Below are positions 9,407 to 20,035 of a stretch of 27,494 nt of DNA, piece by piece; within the stretch, counting starts at the first letter, position 1, and every line of letters begins with the position of its first letter. A model generated the notes under the pieces. It was not told the DNA's origin, did not search any database, and saw only the letters and a program-made list of their open reading frames with translations. This DNA comes from Pseudomonadota bacterium (GTDB lineage Bacteria; Bdellovibrionota; Bdellovibrionia; Bdellovibrionales; SG-bin7), in contig JAWXAY010000012.1 of NCBI GenBank assembly GCA_034439715.1, positions 1 through 27,494 of the forward strand, in the 5' to 3' direction. The position numbers were made by a program, and so were the translations under genes.

Positions 9407-10427
9407 TTTTAGCAGACAAAAGATCGTGCATTCTAAGCACTCCCACCGGTTTCATAGGGGCACTCTCTTCAAATGCAAACAGAAACTGAATTCCCATTTT
9501 ATCCATCATTAGTAATGCCCTTTCAGCCAATTCATCGGCGGCAATTAGCTTAGGGTGGTTCGACATAATATCTTTAGCGGAATCAGATAACGGGCTCCTT
9601 GACTTACGAAGGCCCCGCCTAACATCTCCATCAGTGATAACGCCAACAAGTTCATTTTTATCATTAACGACACCCGCAACACCCCTCACCTCTCCATCTG
9701 TCATTAGCGATAGTACTTCTACGATGGGCGTATCGCCTCTAACCAATGGCATGGCTTTTTTGGTATGCATGAGATCACGAACTCGGGTTAAAAGTTTTCT
9801 TCCCAGAATTCCACCCGGATGAAGTTCAGCAAAATCAGACTCTTTAAAGCCCTTAACTTTAAGGACCGCCATCGCCAAAGCGTCACCCATAGCTAAAGTG
9901 GCCGTAGTGCTCGCAGTTGGCGCTAGATTAAGTGGGCAAGCTTCAATCTCAACTCTGACATTTAAAAGCACGTCGGAGGCCTTGCCTAAAGTGCTTTGAG
10001 GGCTTCCGGTAATTCCAATGAGTGAAATTCCCTTGCGAGCAAGGTATCCCACTAAATGATTCAATTCTGTCGACTCGCCTCCGTAACTTACAGCCACGAC
10101 TAAATCCAATTCAGATATCACTCCCATGTCACCATGAGAGGACTCCGAAGGATGTAAAAAAACCGAAGGTGTTCCGGTTGAACTAAAAGTACTCGAAATT
10201 TTTCGAGCGACTTGTCCCGATTTACCAATGCCCGAAATAATGATTTTTCCTTGGCAGTTTTTCAAGAGAAAAACGGCTCGCAAAAACTCGTCGTCAATGC
10301 GCTCTGCCAGGTCTGTCACAGCCCGAGCTTCAATCTTTAAAACTCGCTTGGCCTCATTCTTTACATCACCGTCAGTTAGTCCGCCAAAATCTAATTTAGA
10401 AACCTCAAAACCTTTACGTAGATTCAC
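9399..10427 (-). CDS. kdsD: Arabinose-5-phosphate isomerase (KpsF/GutQ family, SIS + 2 CBS domains)
   Basis: [25 protein letters not shown]…MGDALA, HPGG and CBS motif [10 protein letters not shown]. Start placed at GTG 10427 (GGAG 8 nt upstream); the ORF track start is 10445. Confidence 0.92.
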   Translation of the reverse strand: MNLRKGFEVSKLDFGGLTDGDVKNEAKRVLKIEARAVTDLAERIDDEFLRAVFLLKNCQGKIIISGIGKSGQVARKISSTFSSTGTPSVFLHPSESSHGDMGVISELDLVVAVSYGGESTELNHLVGYLARKGISLIGITGSPQSTLGKASDVLLNVRVEIEACPLNLAPTASTTATLAMGDALAMAVLKVKGFKESDFAELHPGGILGRKLLTRVRDLMHTKKAMPLVRGDTPIVEVLSLMTDGEVRGVAGVVNDKNELVGVITDGDVRRGLRKSRSPLSDSAKDIMSNHPKLIAADELAERALLMMDKMGIQFLFAFEESAPMKPVGVLRMHDLLSAKIR

Positions 10428-12150
10428 GCAGCAAATCTCCACCAATACGTTTTATCTTCTTCTTCATTTTTTTTGAGGGGCCAGCTCTTTTAGAATCAAA
10501 ATTTAATGATGCCTTTACAAAGTTAGAAAACAAAGGATGTGGCGCAAGCGGACGAGATTTAAACTCAGGATGAAACTGCACGCCAACAAACCATGGGTGA
10601 TCAGGAATTTCGATAATTTCAACCAGATCTCTCTCCTTGCAAATACCAGTGGCCCTCATTCCCTTTTTCTCGAAGAGGGCTTTATACTTATTATTAAACT
10701 CATAACGATGTCGATGTCTCTCTGAAATCGAGCGTTCTCCGTACACAGCATAGGCCAATGAATCTGGCTCTAATTGACAGGGGTAAGCCCCAAGCCTCAT
10801 GGTCGCACCTTTGTCAGAGATTTTTTTTTGTTCTTCCATAAAATCGATAATTAGGTTTCGTTTGCCATTTTTTGTGGTGGCAAACTCTCGGCTTGTTGCA
10901 TCCGCAATGCCACAAACGTTTTGGGCAAACTCCACTGCCGCGAGTTGCATTCCAAAGCATATACCAAAAAATGGAACACCTGATTCGCGGGCATACTCTA
11001 TGGCGACGAGCTTGCCCTCAGAACCCCGCTCACCAAATCCACCCGGAACTAATATGCCGTTAACGCCGCCTAATATTTTCGCCGCGTTTTCTGAGTTCAG
11101 TTGTTCCGAATTAATATACTCAATTTTTACCCGGCAATTGTTAGCGATGCCCCCATGAACAATAGCTTCGTTGAGCGATTTATAGCTTTCATGAAGATCC
11201 ACGTATTTACCAACAATTCCAATGGCCACAGAGGCCTTTGGGTTTTTTAATATCTCGACTATTTTATTCCAGCCCTCGAGGTTTGGTAAAAGACTTTTGA
11301 GTTCAAAATGTTCAACCACTCTCGTGTCAAAGCCCTCGCTATTTAGCTGAATGGGAACTTCATAAATACTAAAAGCATCCTTAGCTGAAATCACATTTTC
11401 AGGTCGGACAGAGCAAAATAGACCTATTTTAGATTTAATTTCTGCCGAAATTGGTCTTTCTGAACGACAGATCAAAATATCTGGCTGAATCCCCACTTCG
11501 CGTAACTCTTTGACCGAATGCTGAGTCGGTTTACTTTTCAGCTCTCCTGCGGCAGCAATAAAAGGAACAAAAGTTACATGCACAAATAAACTGTTCTTAA
11601 TCCCTAAGTCCACACGCATTTGACGAATGGCTTCAATAAATGGAAGACTTTCGATATCTCCTACCGTTCCACCAATTTCAACAATGATGATTTCTGCCCC
11701 TTGAGCTGCCTCATAAATTCGAGACTTAATTTCATCGGTAATGTGGGGAATTACTTGTACAGTACCTCCCAAATAATCTCCACGACGCTCTTTTGAAATG
11801 ACACTTTCGTAAATTTGGCCAGCAGAAACACTATTAGCACGATTGACCAATCCCGAAGTAAATCTCTCATAATGTCCTAAATCTAAATCAGTTTCGGCGC
11901 CATCTTCGGTTACGTAAACTTCGCCGTGCTGGAAGGGCGACATCGTGCCAGGATCAACATTGATATAAGGATCACACTTCATGAGAGAAACTTTAAATCC
12001 TCGCGCCTCCAAGAGCGCACCAAGACTAGCTGCAGTTAAACCTTTACCGATACTAGACACCACCCCACCGGTAACAAAAACAAATTTTTGTTCCAACGGA
12101 GCTGGTTTTTTTCTGGTTTTTTCTTTGGGTTTTTTTATTTTTTTCGCCAT
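10414..12150 (-). CDS. pyrG: CTP synthase
   Basis: [41 protein letters not shown], glutaminase motifs GICFGMQ and QFHPE. Confidence 0.98.
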   Translation of the reverse strand: MAKKIKKPKEKTRKKPAPLEQKFVFVTGGVVSSIGKGLTAASLGALLEARGFKVSLMKCDPYINVDPGTMSPFQHGEVYVTEDGAETDLDLGHYERFTSGLVNRANSVSAGQIYESVISKERRGDYLGGTVQVIPHITDEIKSRIYEAAQGAEIIIVEIGGTVGDIESLPFIEAIRQMRVDLGIKNSLFVHVTFVPFIAAAGELKSKPTQHSVKELREVGIQPDILICRSERPISAEIKSKIGLFCSVRPENVISAKDAFSIYEVPIQLNSEGFDTRVVEHFELKSLLPNLEGWNKIVEILKNPKASVAIGIVGKYVDLHESYKSLNEAIVHGGIANNCRVKIEYINSEQLNSENAAKILGGVNGILVPGGFGERGSEGKLVAIEYARESGVPFFGICFGMQLAAVEFAQNVCGIADATSREFATTKNGKRNLIIDFMEEQKKISDKGATMRLGAYPCQLEPDSLAYAVYGERSISERHRHRYEFNNKYKALFEKKGMRATGICKERDLVEIIEIPDHPWFVGVQFHPEFKSRPLAPHPLFSNFVKASLNFDSKRAGPSKKMKKKIKRIGGDLLREST

Positions 12151-12151
12151 G

Positions 12152-12898
12152 TTACTTCCTTGAGCTCAGTATTTTCTCTATTTTGACAACGTCTTCGGCT
12201 GTGTCCACACCGGTTCCCGCATAGACGGTACTAACAACATGAATTCTCTCTCCCATATACAGGGCCCTTAATTGTTCTAAACTTTCGGCCTTTTCAATCT
12301 CAGTCACTGGCTGTTCACAATATTTCTTCAAAAATGATTTCCTATAAATATAAATGCCAATATGCTTTCGGACTATAGCTAATGACTTACTCTCTGCGTT
12401 AACTCGCGAAAATGGTATAGGTAGGCGACTAAAATATATAGCATCGGCCACTGAGTTGATTAAAACTTTAACAACGTTCTTATTTTCTAATTCTTCCAAC
12501 GTAATGGGTGCGGCTAAAGTTCCCATTCTTATTCTCTCGTCCTGTTCAAGTGGGGCAATTAAGGAATCCAGCAGATCACCAGAAACTAGGGGTTCATCAC
12601 CTTGAATATTCAAAATAATATCGGCGGAATCATTTTCAATGGCCTTCCAGACGCGATCACTTCCGGTCGGAATTTCACTCGCCGTCATAGCAGCCTCAAC
12701 TCCTAAAGACTCTACTAAAGCGGCAATTCTTTTGTCGTCAGTGGCAACAATAAGTTTTTCAATTTTGCGACTTGTGCGCACGCCTTCAATTACCCACTCA
12801 ATCAGAGGCCTTCCTAAAATTTTTACCAAGGGTTTTTCGGCAAGTCTAGATGAGCCAATTCTAGCCGGAATGACACCAATTATTCTTGGTCTAGGCAT
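12152..12898 (-). CDS. kdsB: 3-deoxy-manno-octulosonate cytidylyltransferase
   Basis: [54 protein letters not shown]. Confidence 0.96.
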   Translation of the reverse strand: MPRPRIIGVIPARIGSSRLAEKPLVKILGRPLIEWVIEGVRTSRKIEKLIVATDDKRIAALVESLGVEAAMTASEIPTGSDRVWKAIENDSADIILNIQGDEPLVSGDLLDSLIAPLEQDERIRMGTLAAPITLEELENKNVVKVLINSVADAIYFSRLPIPFSRVNAESKSLAIVRKHIGIYIYRKSFLKKYCEQPVTEIEKAESLEQLRALYMGERIHVVSTVYAGTGVDTAEDVVKIEKILSSRK

Positions 12899-13499
12899 TT
12901 TTTACCCAATTTTTAAAAACAAACTCTTCAACTTCTTTGATGCCAGTACCTATTGAGTTACTGACAAAAAAACTTGAAACGAACTCAGGCTGCTCCGACA
13001 AAATCTCATCTTTAGTTTTTATAAAATCTTTTCTATTCAATTTATCCAACTTAGAAAACACTACCGCGATTGGAACTCCATAGTGAGAAACATATTTAAT
13101 GAGATCGAACTCGTCATCTGTCCAGCCTCGACGGATATCTACCACAATGATGGCCCCCTTGAGCCGAGTCGCCTGGCTTATATAGCCTTCAATCATTTCT
13201 TGCCAGCCCGATACTACATCTCCATGTCTAGCTGCATAACCATAACCAGGAACATCAACCAAACAATATTTGTTACGAATTTTAAAGAGATTTAGAAGTA
13301 TAGTTTTACCGGGTGTTTTACTGACATGGGCAATTTTTTTTCCACCAACAAGGCCGTTTATCAACGAAGACTTTCCAGCATTTGACCGACCAAGAATAAT
13401 AACCTCGGGCATCCCACTGTCGAGATGGGGTTCAAACTTAGCAATGGATTTGATATATCCAGTATTTAGATGTCCTTCCATGGCTACCGGTAATAACAT
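12891..13499 (-). CDS. engB: Ribosome biogenesis GTPase EngB/YsxC/YihA
   Basis: G1 GRSNAGKSS, G2 SKTPGKT, G3 DVPGYG, G4 SKLD. The start could alternatively be the ATG at 13481. Confidence 0.93.
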   Translation of the reverse strand: MLLPVAMEGHLNTGYIKSIAKFEPHLDSGMPEVIILGRSNAGKSSLINGLVGGKKIAHVSKTPGKTILLNLFKIRNKYCLVDVPGYGYAARHGDVVSGWQEMIEGYISQATRLKGAIIVVDIRRGWTDDEFDLIKYVSHYGVPIAVVFSKLDKLNRKDFIKTKDEILSEQPEFVSSFFVSNSIGTGIKEVEEFVFKNWVKNA

Positions 13500-13606
13500 G
13501 AACGACTAAATTCCTCTAGCTCCAATTTTTAGGTCTCAGGAATTGGACTTAGGACCACAGATTACCCACTAGAGTCCATTTATACGATTTAGCATCGATT
13601 TAGCTT

Positions 13607-13622
13607 CGGCATGCCTATTGAT
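13607..13622 (+). promoter_or_regulatory. Putative sigma54 (-24/-12) promoter
   Basis: CGGCATGCCTATTGAT compared with consensus TGGCACGN4TTGCW: GG-N10-GA, a -12 variant; about 35 nt upstream of ATG 13657. Confidence 0.45.
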
Positions 13623-13656
13623 ATATCAACGAAACAACAAACTGGGGGTTACACAT

Positions 13657-14937
13657 ATGGAAAACGAAAATACTTACTTAGTAATCGAGGATAGATCAGG
13701 TTCAAAATCGTATTCGATTGGAAATTTTTTCACCATTGGGCGATCGGGAGAGAACTCATTTTGCATCGACGACCCCAATATTCAACCTCGACACAGTCGC
13801 ATCGAAAAAACAGACAAGGGATTTGTCATACAAGATATGCGAACACAAACAGGCACCTTTGTTAATGGCACAAGAATTATGGAAGCCTATCTTAAGCCGA
13901 TGGACCAAATTAGACTAGGTCCCGTGATCATGACCTTTTCGCCAAAAACTGAAAAGATCAATAAGGAGCGTCTGTTACCCAAAAGCAAAAATCCCAACTG
14001 GAAAAAACTACTTGAAAAAGTGCCTAACTACGCCCAAAGCGAGTATCCAATTCTTATTCTGGGTGAGTCAGGCTCCGGCAAAGACGTTCTAGCCCACACC
14101 GTACATGATCATTCAACGAAAAGCACCGGTCCTCTCATTAGCATAAATTGTAGCGCTCTTTCTGAAACCCTCATAGAGTCCGAACTCTTTGGCCACTCAA
14201 AAGGTAGTTTTACAGGGGCTATTAGTGACCGTAAAGGGGCCTTTGAGCTTGCGCGTGGCGGGACCCTTTTTTTGGACGAAATCGGCGACCTGCCCTTAAT
14301 TCTTCAACCAAAACTCTTGCGCGCATTAGAGAACAAGGAGATTTGGCCGATCGGAAGTGATAAATGTATAAAAACTGATGTGAGAATAATCTCTGCCACA
14401 AACCACTCTTTGCCTCAAAAAATTCATAATGGAAACTTTCGAGCCGACTTATTTTATCGCCTTAATCTTATATCAATTAAAGTGCCCGCACTCTGTGAGC
14501 GGATGGAAGACTTTGAAGATATATTATTTGGCCTTGCTAAAGAGATGCGAGTTCGTTATTCTTATCAAGCCATACAAAAAATAAAAACTTATTCATGGCC
14601 CGGCAATATTCGTGAGCTCAAAAATATGGTTACTCGAGCCCATGTTGAATTCGGCAATAGGCAAATCGAACCTGAGCATATCGAGCAACTAATGATTACT
14701 CTTCCTAATAGTGAAAACGAAGCTAGAATTGATACCAGAAGCGCGCCTCAAACCAACTCTAAAAAAGTCTCGCTTATTAAAGAGCTAGAACGAGAAATGA
14801 TTGTGCAGAGACTCATTGTAAACGAAGGAAACCAACGGCGAACCGCCAATGAGTTGGGTATGCCGAAGAGTACTCTACATGATCGACTTCGTTGCTATGG
14901 TATCGACGTTGACAAATTTAAGAGAAAGTTTTTTTAA
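13657..14937 (+). CDS. FHA-domain sigma54-dependent enhancer-binding protein (FHA, AAA+, HTH)
   Basis: N-terminal FHA (IGRS…HSRI…GTFVNG); Walker [24 protein letters not shown]; Walker [28 protein letters not shown]-terminal HTH. Start set at ATG 13657 (GGGGG RBS) rather than TTG 13618. Confidence 0.93.
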   Translation: MENENTYLVIEDRSGSKSYSIGNFFTIGRSGENSFCIDDPNIQPRHSRIEKTDKGFVIQDMRTQTGTFVNGTRIMEAYLKPMDQIRLGPVIMTFSPKTEKINKERLLPKSKNPNWKKLLEKVPNYAQSEYPILILGESGSGKDVLAHTVHDHSTKSTGPLISINCSALSETLIESELFGHSKGSFTGAISDRKGAFELARGGTLFLDEIGDLPLILQPKLLRALENKEIWPIGSDKCIKTDVRIISATNHSLPQKIHNGNFRADLFYRLNLISIKVPALCERMEDFEDILFGLAKEMRVRYSYQAIQKIKTYSWPGNIRELKNMVTRAHVEFGNRQIEPEHIEQLMITLPNSENEARIDTRSAPQTNSKKVSLIKELEREMIVQRLIVNEGNQRRTANELGMPKSTLHDRLRCYGIDVDKFKRKFF

Positions 14938-15638
14938 CTCTCAAAAAAAGATTGGATTTCTGAAAGGTCATCAGAGAGCTGCATTGACAGCATTTGGGCA
15001 AAGACATTTAGAATTGTGAGCGAATTGGCATCCGCATCGCCGGTAGCTATTGACCGAATTCGATTTAAAATACCTTCGTTTACTTTTTGTACGTTGACAT
15101 ACAACTCGTCCATTTTACTTAGTTCAAAGTCAGGCTTTCCGCCCTTTCTGGTTACAAAATACTGCCCCAACAGATAAAAAGATGTTGAACGCACCATAGT
15201 CTCTTGAAAGCTTGAGAAGGGCAGATGAAACCGGGCCATGGGGCGCAAAAATTTTAGATGAGGACATTTTGTTGCAGGCATTATTAGGCCAAATATACTG
15301 TATAAGACCTCTTGCAAGGTAATCTGTTTTGAGTAATTTCGATTGGAGGTCTCTACTTCAACATAACAGGTTTCAAAGGACTTTAGTTGCTTGTATTCAT
15401 CGACAATCGTCGCCAAGTTTTTAGCCACAGGGCAATGGGGAAAATCTTTAGAATTTAAGGGGCAGTGGTCACACTTGCGATGTTCTAAGTCAGCCCATTT
15501 TGGAGGAGTATCTGATTTTTCTTCGATAAGTTCAAGCGTCGTTTCATCAAGTCGGATCAAGTAGGTACGAATTTTCCCGTCGGACATTTTTAATTTATAG
15601 GTTACTTTGATCTCTTCACTCATACTGGCTCCCTGCAT
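14934..15638 (-). CDS. DUF6901-like Cys-motif protein
   Basis: [16 protein letters not shown]…[38 protein letters not shown] and DADANSL match my recollection of DUF6901. Confidence 0.7.
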   Translation of the reverse strand: MQGASMSEEIKVTYKLKMSDGKIRTYLIRLDETTLELIEEKSDTPPKWADLEHRKCDHCPLNSKDFPHCPVAKNLATIVDEYKQLKSFETCYVEVETSNRNYSKQITLQEVLYSIFGLIMPATKCPHLKFLRPMARFHLPFSSFQETMVRSTSFYLLGQYFVTRKGGKPDFELSKMDELYVNVQKVNEGILNRIRSIATGDADANSLTILNVFAQMLSMQLSDDLSEIQSFFES

Positions 15639-15642
15639 TTCT

Positions 15643-16671
15643 CTAGCGTTTTAAAATTATCTCTTGAATGTAGACTCTCTTAACCCGACCTCGGTTAAGA
15701 ACTTCATTCAGTTTCATTCTGACTTTGATTTTCATCAAATTTTTACCTTCGGTGGTATTCACGATATCGTAGGGCATTTCTTCAACTGTTCGCTGAACTA
15801 AATCCGCAATTTCCTTTTCTCGATCCAACACTTCTATTGCTGAATCTTTGTTTGAAGTTTCAAGACTAAGCCGCAAATAACCCATCGGGTTAACTGAGGT
15901 CTTTTCGCTCATTCTCAAATTAACCACTATTTTATTCAAAGTGACCGTGTGATTGGGTAATCTTACCGTGCTTTCAAATTCTTCCCAAGTTGCTGACTTG
16001 GAGTCAAAATCATAGACACGATTGGCTACCTGCCCTAGAGAAGTAACCTCTAAATTTCCTATTCGGGGCAAGGGATTCTTCATGCTAAAACGCTGCGCAA
16101 TTTTAGTTAATCCAAAACTGGATACAATAAAAGTGACGATGTAAAACTTTTTGAGGCGAGATAGATTCCACACGAAACTAAAAATTTCTTTAAAGCGTCG
16201 GACAATTTCCTTGCCCAATATTTTTAAATCTCTCAAGGCATCCTTGTTAAGATAACCCAAAAAGGCTTTAGCCTGAACTTTGGTTCCCTCGCCCCATTCT
16301 TTTAAAAGCTCAGAATATTTTAAGCTGCGCCTACGAAAAACATCTTTAGGATTAGTAGCAAGGCGTTTTAGTTTAGCGAAAATCTCCTTTAAAAAGAGCA
16401 GTGCTTTGCTCGGAGCTTCGGGCTCCCTAGGCTTACTAAAATCTTCGGGATTTTCGATTATAAGGTCGGGAGCCTTTTCTGCCAGAAAAGTTTCTAAGTG
16501 GGCTTCGGAATCTGGACTTTTTAATTCTGCTGCAGGTGTGGTTTCTGACGCGGCTGCGGGAGCAGGCGTGGGCTTGGACACCACAACCGGTTTGCTCAAC
16601 GGGGCATCTAAACTTAGGTCAAGATCATCGAGAGAAACCACGTCTTCTTTTTTTTCGCTTTCGTCGTTCAA
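15643..16671 (-). CDS. fliL: Flagellar basal-body-associated FliL-family protein with a long N-terminal extension
   Basis: C-terminal IVVNL…YLRLSLE…EIADLV…EGKNLMKIKVRMKLNEVLNRGRVKRVYIQEII is FliL-like; single TM around aa 175-195; TTG start with GAGGAG RBS. Confidence 0.75.
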   Translation of the reverse strand: MNDESEKKEDVVSLDDLDLSLDAPLSKPVVVSKPTPAPAAASETTPAAELKSPDSEAHLETFLAEKAPDLIIENPEDFSKPREPEAPSKALLFLKEIFAKLKRLATNPKDVFRRRSLKYSELLKEWGEGTKVQAKAFLGYLNKDALRDLKILGKEIVRRFKEIFSFVWNLSRLKKFYIVTFIVSSFGLTKIAQRFSMKNPLPRIGNLEVTSLGQVANRVYDFDSKSATWEEFESTVRLPNHTVTLNKIVVNLRMSEKTSVNPMGYLRLSLETSNKDSAIEVLDREKEIADLVQRTVEEMPYDIVNTTEGKNLMKIKVRMKLNEVLNRGRVKRVYIQEIILKR

Positions 16672-16731
16672 CTAATTCTCCTCATCTTATGATCTTGCCC
16701 TAAATGAATAAAATTTAAATCTCATTTTCGC

Positions 16732-16758
16732 TCAATTTGTTATGAAAATATCCGATAA
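16732..16758 (+). promoter_or_regulatory. Putative sigma28 (FliA) promoter
   Basis: TCAA-N15-TCCGATAA compared with consensus TAAA-N15-GCCGATAA; ends about 45 nt upstream of the lipoprotein gene at 16803. Confidence 0.55.
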
Positions 16759-16802
16759 TAGGGATGGTAATGTGGTAGCGAAAAAAAACCTGGACCTTAG
16801 AT

Positions 16803-17432
16803 ATGAGAATATTAACATTTTTATCATTATTTCTTCTTTTAAGTGGCTGTACTTTATTTGGCAGAAGCTCAAATTATGGACCCGATATCTATGAAGCAGA
16901 TCCGGAGCTTTTAGATTATTATCACGAAAAACAAAATTTAGAAAGATCCCAGGCGAAGGCCCAGGTTCGCGCTCTTTCACCTAAGGGTGAAATTAGCGAT
17001 GCCGCTATAGAGCGGAAGCAGTTACTAAATCGCCTAGAGTACCGAATTGCGAACAAAAAGGAATCTGAACTTTATTATCGTTATAAGCCCTATTTCTCAA
17101 GCGATTCGCAACGAATTCGGTTTCTACAGACCGACAGCTACGATACGAAAATCGATTGGCTACGGCATTATAAAATCACCACTGAAATTGAAAAGTTTCA
17201 ACCACAGGTTCAAGCCATGATAGACGCGAGCGACATCACCCTAGGTATGCAAAAAGAGGCCGTGGTGCAGAGCTGGGGTGAGCCTGAGGCAAAAGAAATT
17301 TCGGGCAATCCCACTTATGGTAATGAACGATGGAAGTACGTAAAACATGTACCTGAAAATGCCAACTACGGTTTAGAAACACGCTACGTCTATTTTGAGG
17401 GCGGACTAGTTTCTGGATGGGAAAAATACTAA
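16803..17432 (+). CDS. Lipoprotein with a C-terminal BamE/SmpA-like domain, function unknown
   Basis: Lipobox LSGC; C-terminal LGMQKEAVVQSWGEP…GNERWKY…YVYFEGGLVSGW follows the BamE-like pattern. Confidence 0.65.
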   Translation: MRILTFLSLFLLLSGCTLFGRSSNYGPDIYEADPELLDYYHEKQNLERSQAKAQVRALSPKGEISDAAIERKQLLNRLEYRIANKKESELYYRYKPYFSSDSQRIRFLQTDSYDTKIDWLRHYKITTEIEKFQPQVQAMIDASDITLGMQKEAVVQSWGEPEAKEISGNPTYGNERWKYVKHVPENANYGLETRYVYFEGGLVSGWEKY

Positions 17433-17447
17433 AGTGAGTGCGCACCT

Positions 17448-19985
17448 TTAATGTGCGTCTTCCCAGCTCTCACCTTGAGAAATGTTAACATTCATAGGGA
17501 CTTTTAAATCCACAACTTTTTCCATGGTATTACGGATCGTTACAATTTCACTTTCTGAAATCGATTTTTTACATTCAAACAACAGTTCGTCATGAACTTG
17601 TAACAACAGATCAGTTTTTACATCTTTAGCCGCTTGAATCATTGCGAGCTTTACTAGATCACTCGAGGAACCTTGAATAGGCGCATTAATGGCGGCACGC
17701 TCACCAAATTTTCGTATATTTTGGTTGTCGCTCTTAAGTTCTGAGATGTAGCGACGTCGTCCAAAAATTGACTCGACATAGCCCTTCTTTTTTGCCTCTT
17801 CGATAGTGTCGTTCATATAATCTTTAACGCGTTTAAACTTGATGAAGTATTTTTCAATGATATCCGCACTTTCTTTGCGACCAATTCCCAATGACTCTGC
17901 TAAGCCAAATGCACCCTGGCCGTAGGCTATTCCAAAGTTTACAGCCTTAGCCATCCGTCGCATTTCTGGCGTTACCGAATCTAAACCTACGTTAAAAATC
18001 TCACTCGCTGTGGCCGCGTGAATATCTTGGTTCTGGGCAAAGGCCTTACATAAACCCTCGTCACCTGTAATGTGCGCCAAAATCCTTAATTCGATTTGGC
18101 TATAATCGGCAGAAATAAATTCACAATCGGGGTCAGCCACAAAAGCACTTCGTACCCGACTACCTCGCTCGCTGCGAATCGGAATATTTTGCAAATTAGG
18201 ATCATGACTAGATAATCGGCCGGTGGTCGTTCCAATTTGATTAAAATGTGTGTGTAACCGTCCGGTCTCCTGGCTCACTAATAGCGGCAGAGAATCCACA
18301 TAGGTGGATTTTAATTTGGCGATTTCTCTGTGTTCGATAATTTTTTTACAGACGGGATATTCAGCACTTAATTTTTCGAGCACATCGCTATCTGTCGAAA
18401 AACCCGTTTTAGTTTTTTTGACAGGTGGGATCTTAAGCTTATTAAACAAAACGTCAGCCAATTGCTTGGGGCTCGCTAAATTAAAACTCATCCCGACTTC
18501 AGCTATAATTTCTTTTTCGATTTGTACCATTTCTTTATGAAGTGATTCGCTCTGGCGCTTGAGTTCATCCTTATCGAGTCTTATGCCCTTTTGTTCCATT
18601 TTATAGAGAATGGGAACTAACGGCAAATCTATCGTATTTAAAATGGGCAAAAGTTTTTTCTCTTCAAGTTCCTGCAGTAATCCCAAATGAATCTTTTGAA
18701 ATGCCTGATAGTAATCCTCTGGACCGGCAAGTTCTGGGAAGAGGCCACCCACATATTTCATAAAAAGCGACTCGAAACCATCCGTCGTGCCACCCTTTAT
18801 AAGATACTCTGCCAGCATAAGATCCATCTTTGCCTCAGGCGCATTTATGCGAATTGTTTTCCAGAATTTTTTGATGTCATAACCCATCCACTGAATTTTT
18901 TTGTCTCTTAAAACTCGGCCAACCTCATGAGCATCGCCCTGAATGCTTAGAATGTTTTTATTTTGTGCCAAGTAGAGCCCCCGAGGCGTATCGATGGCCC
19001 AGACTTCGTCGCCCAATTTTAATTGTTTTTCTAATTCACTCACATCCACTTTTTTTTCTAAAAACTGCGAGATGACTTCACTCTGCTTGGCGACGACTTT
19101 AGCTTCAAACTCCACTTTTCCGTTACTTTCGATATTGCTACCAACCAGGTTTTTTAGAAAAGAGTGAAATTCTAGCTCTTCTAATAGGGGGGCTAATTTT
19201 TCTTTATCAATTTTGTGAAACTTAAGCTCATCGAGTCCAATATCTAAATCCACATTCTGTTCAATGGTGACGAGTTTTTGCGACAAAAAAGCATCGGCCT
19301 TGCCGTCTTGCAGTTTTTTCTGAAGATTTATGTTTTTGATTTTGTCTATGTGTTCATAAATGCCCACGAGACTTTCAAATTCCAATAAGAGTTTTTGCGC
19401 TCCTTTAGGACCAATCCCGGCAACTCCAGGTATGTTATCGCTGGCGTCTCCAGTTAGCGCCAAGAAATCTATAAACTGGTGAGGTTTGACTCCCCATTTT
19501 TCTTCGACTTTTTTGGGATCGTATTTAACATCTTTTAGGGTATCATACATAGTAACATGGGAATCAATAAGCTGGGCAAAATCCTTGTCTCCACTGACAA
19601 TAACAACATCGATTCCCTTTTTTCGAGCGCGATCCGCCAAAGTTCCGATAACGTCGTCAGCTTCAAATCCCGGCTTTTCAAGGACCTTGATTCCCATGGC
19701 ATCGGTTAATTTTCGCACGTAGGGCACCTGAGGTTTGAGATCCTCTGGCATTTCGGACCGATTAGCCTTGTATTCACCATAAATTTCTTTGCGGAAGGAA
19801 GGTTCAGGTCGGTCAAAACAGTAGGCTAAGTAATCCGGTTTTAGGTCTTTAAAAAGCTTTACCGTCATAGATAAAAAACCAAATAATGCATTGGTCGGAA
19901 GGCCCTTTGACGTATTGAGTGGCCGGATCGCATAGTAGGCCCTGAAGTACATGGAACTCACATCAACAAGATAAAGTTTTTTCAT
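17448..19985 (-). CDS. polA: DNA polymerase I
   Basis: 5'-3' exonuclease (LVDVSS, YKANR, EADD, GDKD, GDASDNIPGV); polymerase motifs TGRLSS…NLQNIP, DYSQIELR, RRMAKAVNFGIAYG, VHDE. Confidence 0.98.
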   Translation of the reverse strand: MKKLYLVDVSSMYFRAYYAIRPLNTSKGLPTNALFGFLSMTVKLFKDLKPDYLAYCFDRPEPSFRKEIYGEYKANRSEMPEDLKPQVPYVRKLTDAMGIKVLEKPGFEADDVIGTLADRARKKGIDVVIVSGDKDFAQLIDSHVTMYDTLKDVKYDPKKVEEKWGVKPHQFIDFLALTGDASDNIPGVAGIGPKGAQKLLLEFESLVGIYEHIDKIKNINLQKKLQDGKADAFLSQKLVTIEQNVDLDIGLDELKFHKIDKEKLAPLLEELEFHSFLKNLVGSNIESNGKVEFEAKVVAKQSEVISQFLEKKVDVSELEKQLKLGDEVWAIDTPRGLYLAQNKNILSIQGDAHEVGRVLRDKKIQWMGYDIKKFWKTIRINAPEAKMDLMLAEYLIKGGTTDGFESLFMKYVGGLFPELAGPEDYYQAFQKIHLGLLQELEEKKLLPILNTIDLPLVPILYKMEQKGIRLDKDELKRQSESLHKEMVQIEKEIIAEVGMSFNLASPKQLADVLFNKLKIPPVKKTKTGFSTDSDVLEKLSAEYPVCKKIIEHREIAKLKSTYVDSLPLLVSQETGRLHTHFNQIGTTTGRLSSHDPNLQNIPIRSERGSRVRSAFVADPDCEFISADYSQIELRILAHITGDEGLCKAFAQNQDIHAATASEIFNVGLDSVTPEMRRMAKAVNFGIAYGQGAFGLAESLGIGRKESADIIEKYFIKFKRVKDYMNDTIEEAKKKGYVESIFGRRRYISELKSDNQNIRKFGERAAINAPIQGSSSDLVKLAMIQAAKDVKTDLLLQVHDELLFECKKSISESEIVTIRNTMEKVVDLKVPMNVNISQGESWEDAH

Positions 19986-20035
19986 AACCAGACATTTACT
20001 GGGATAACCAATTAGAAATCAAGAAAGGAATATTC

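Noticed and set aside
16732..16980. 82-aa minus-strand ORF and other short nested or antisense ORFs in the track (e.g. 23279-23584, 24277-24681, 16280-16675)
   Set aside because: They overlap well-supported genes on the opposite strand or in another frame and show no motifs or RBS.
17433..17447. GTGCGCAC palindrome between convergent genes as a terminator
   Set aside because: Too short, with no loop or convincing U-tract.
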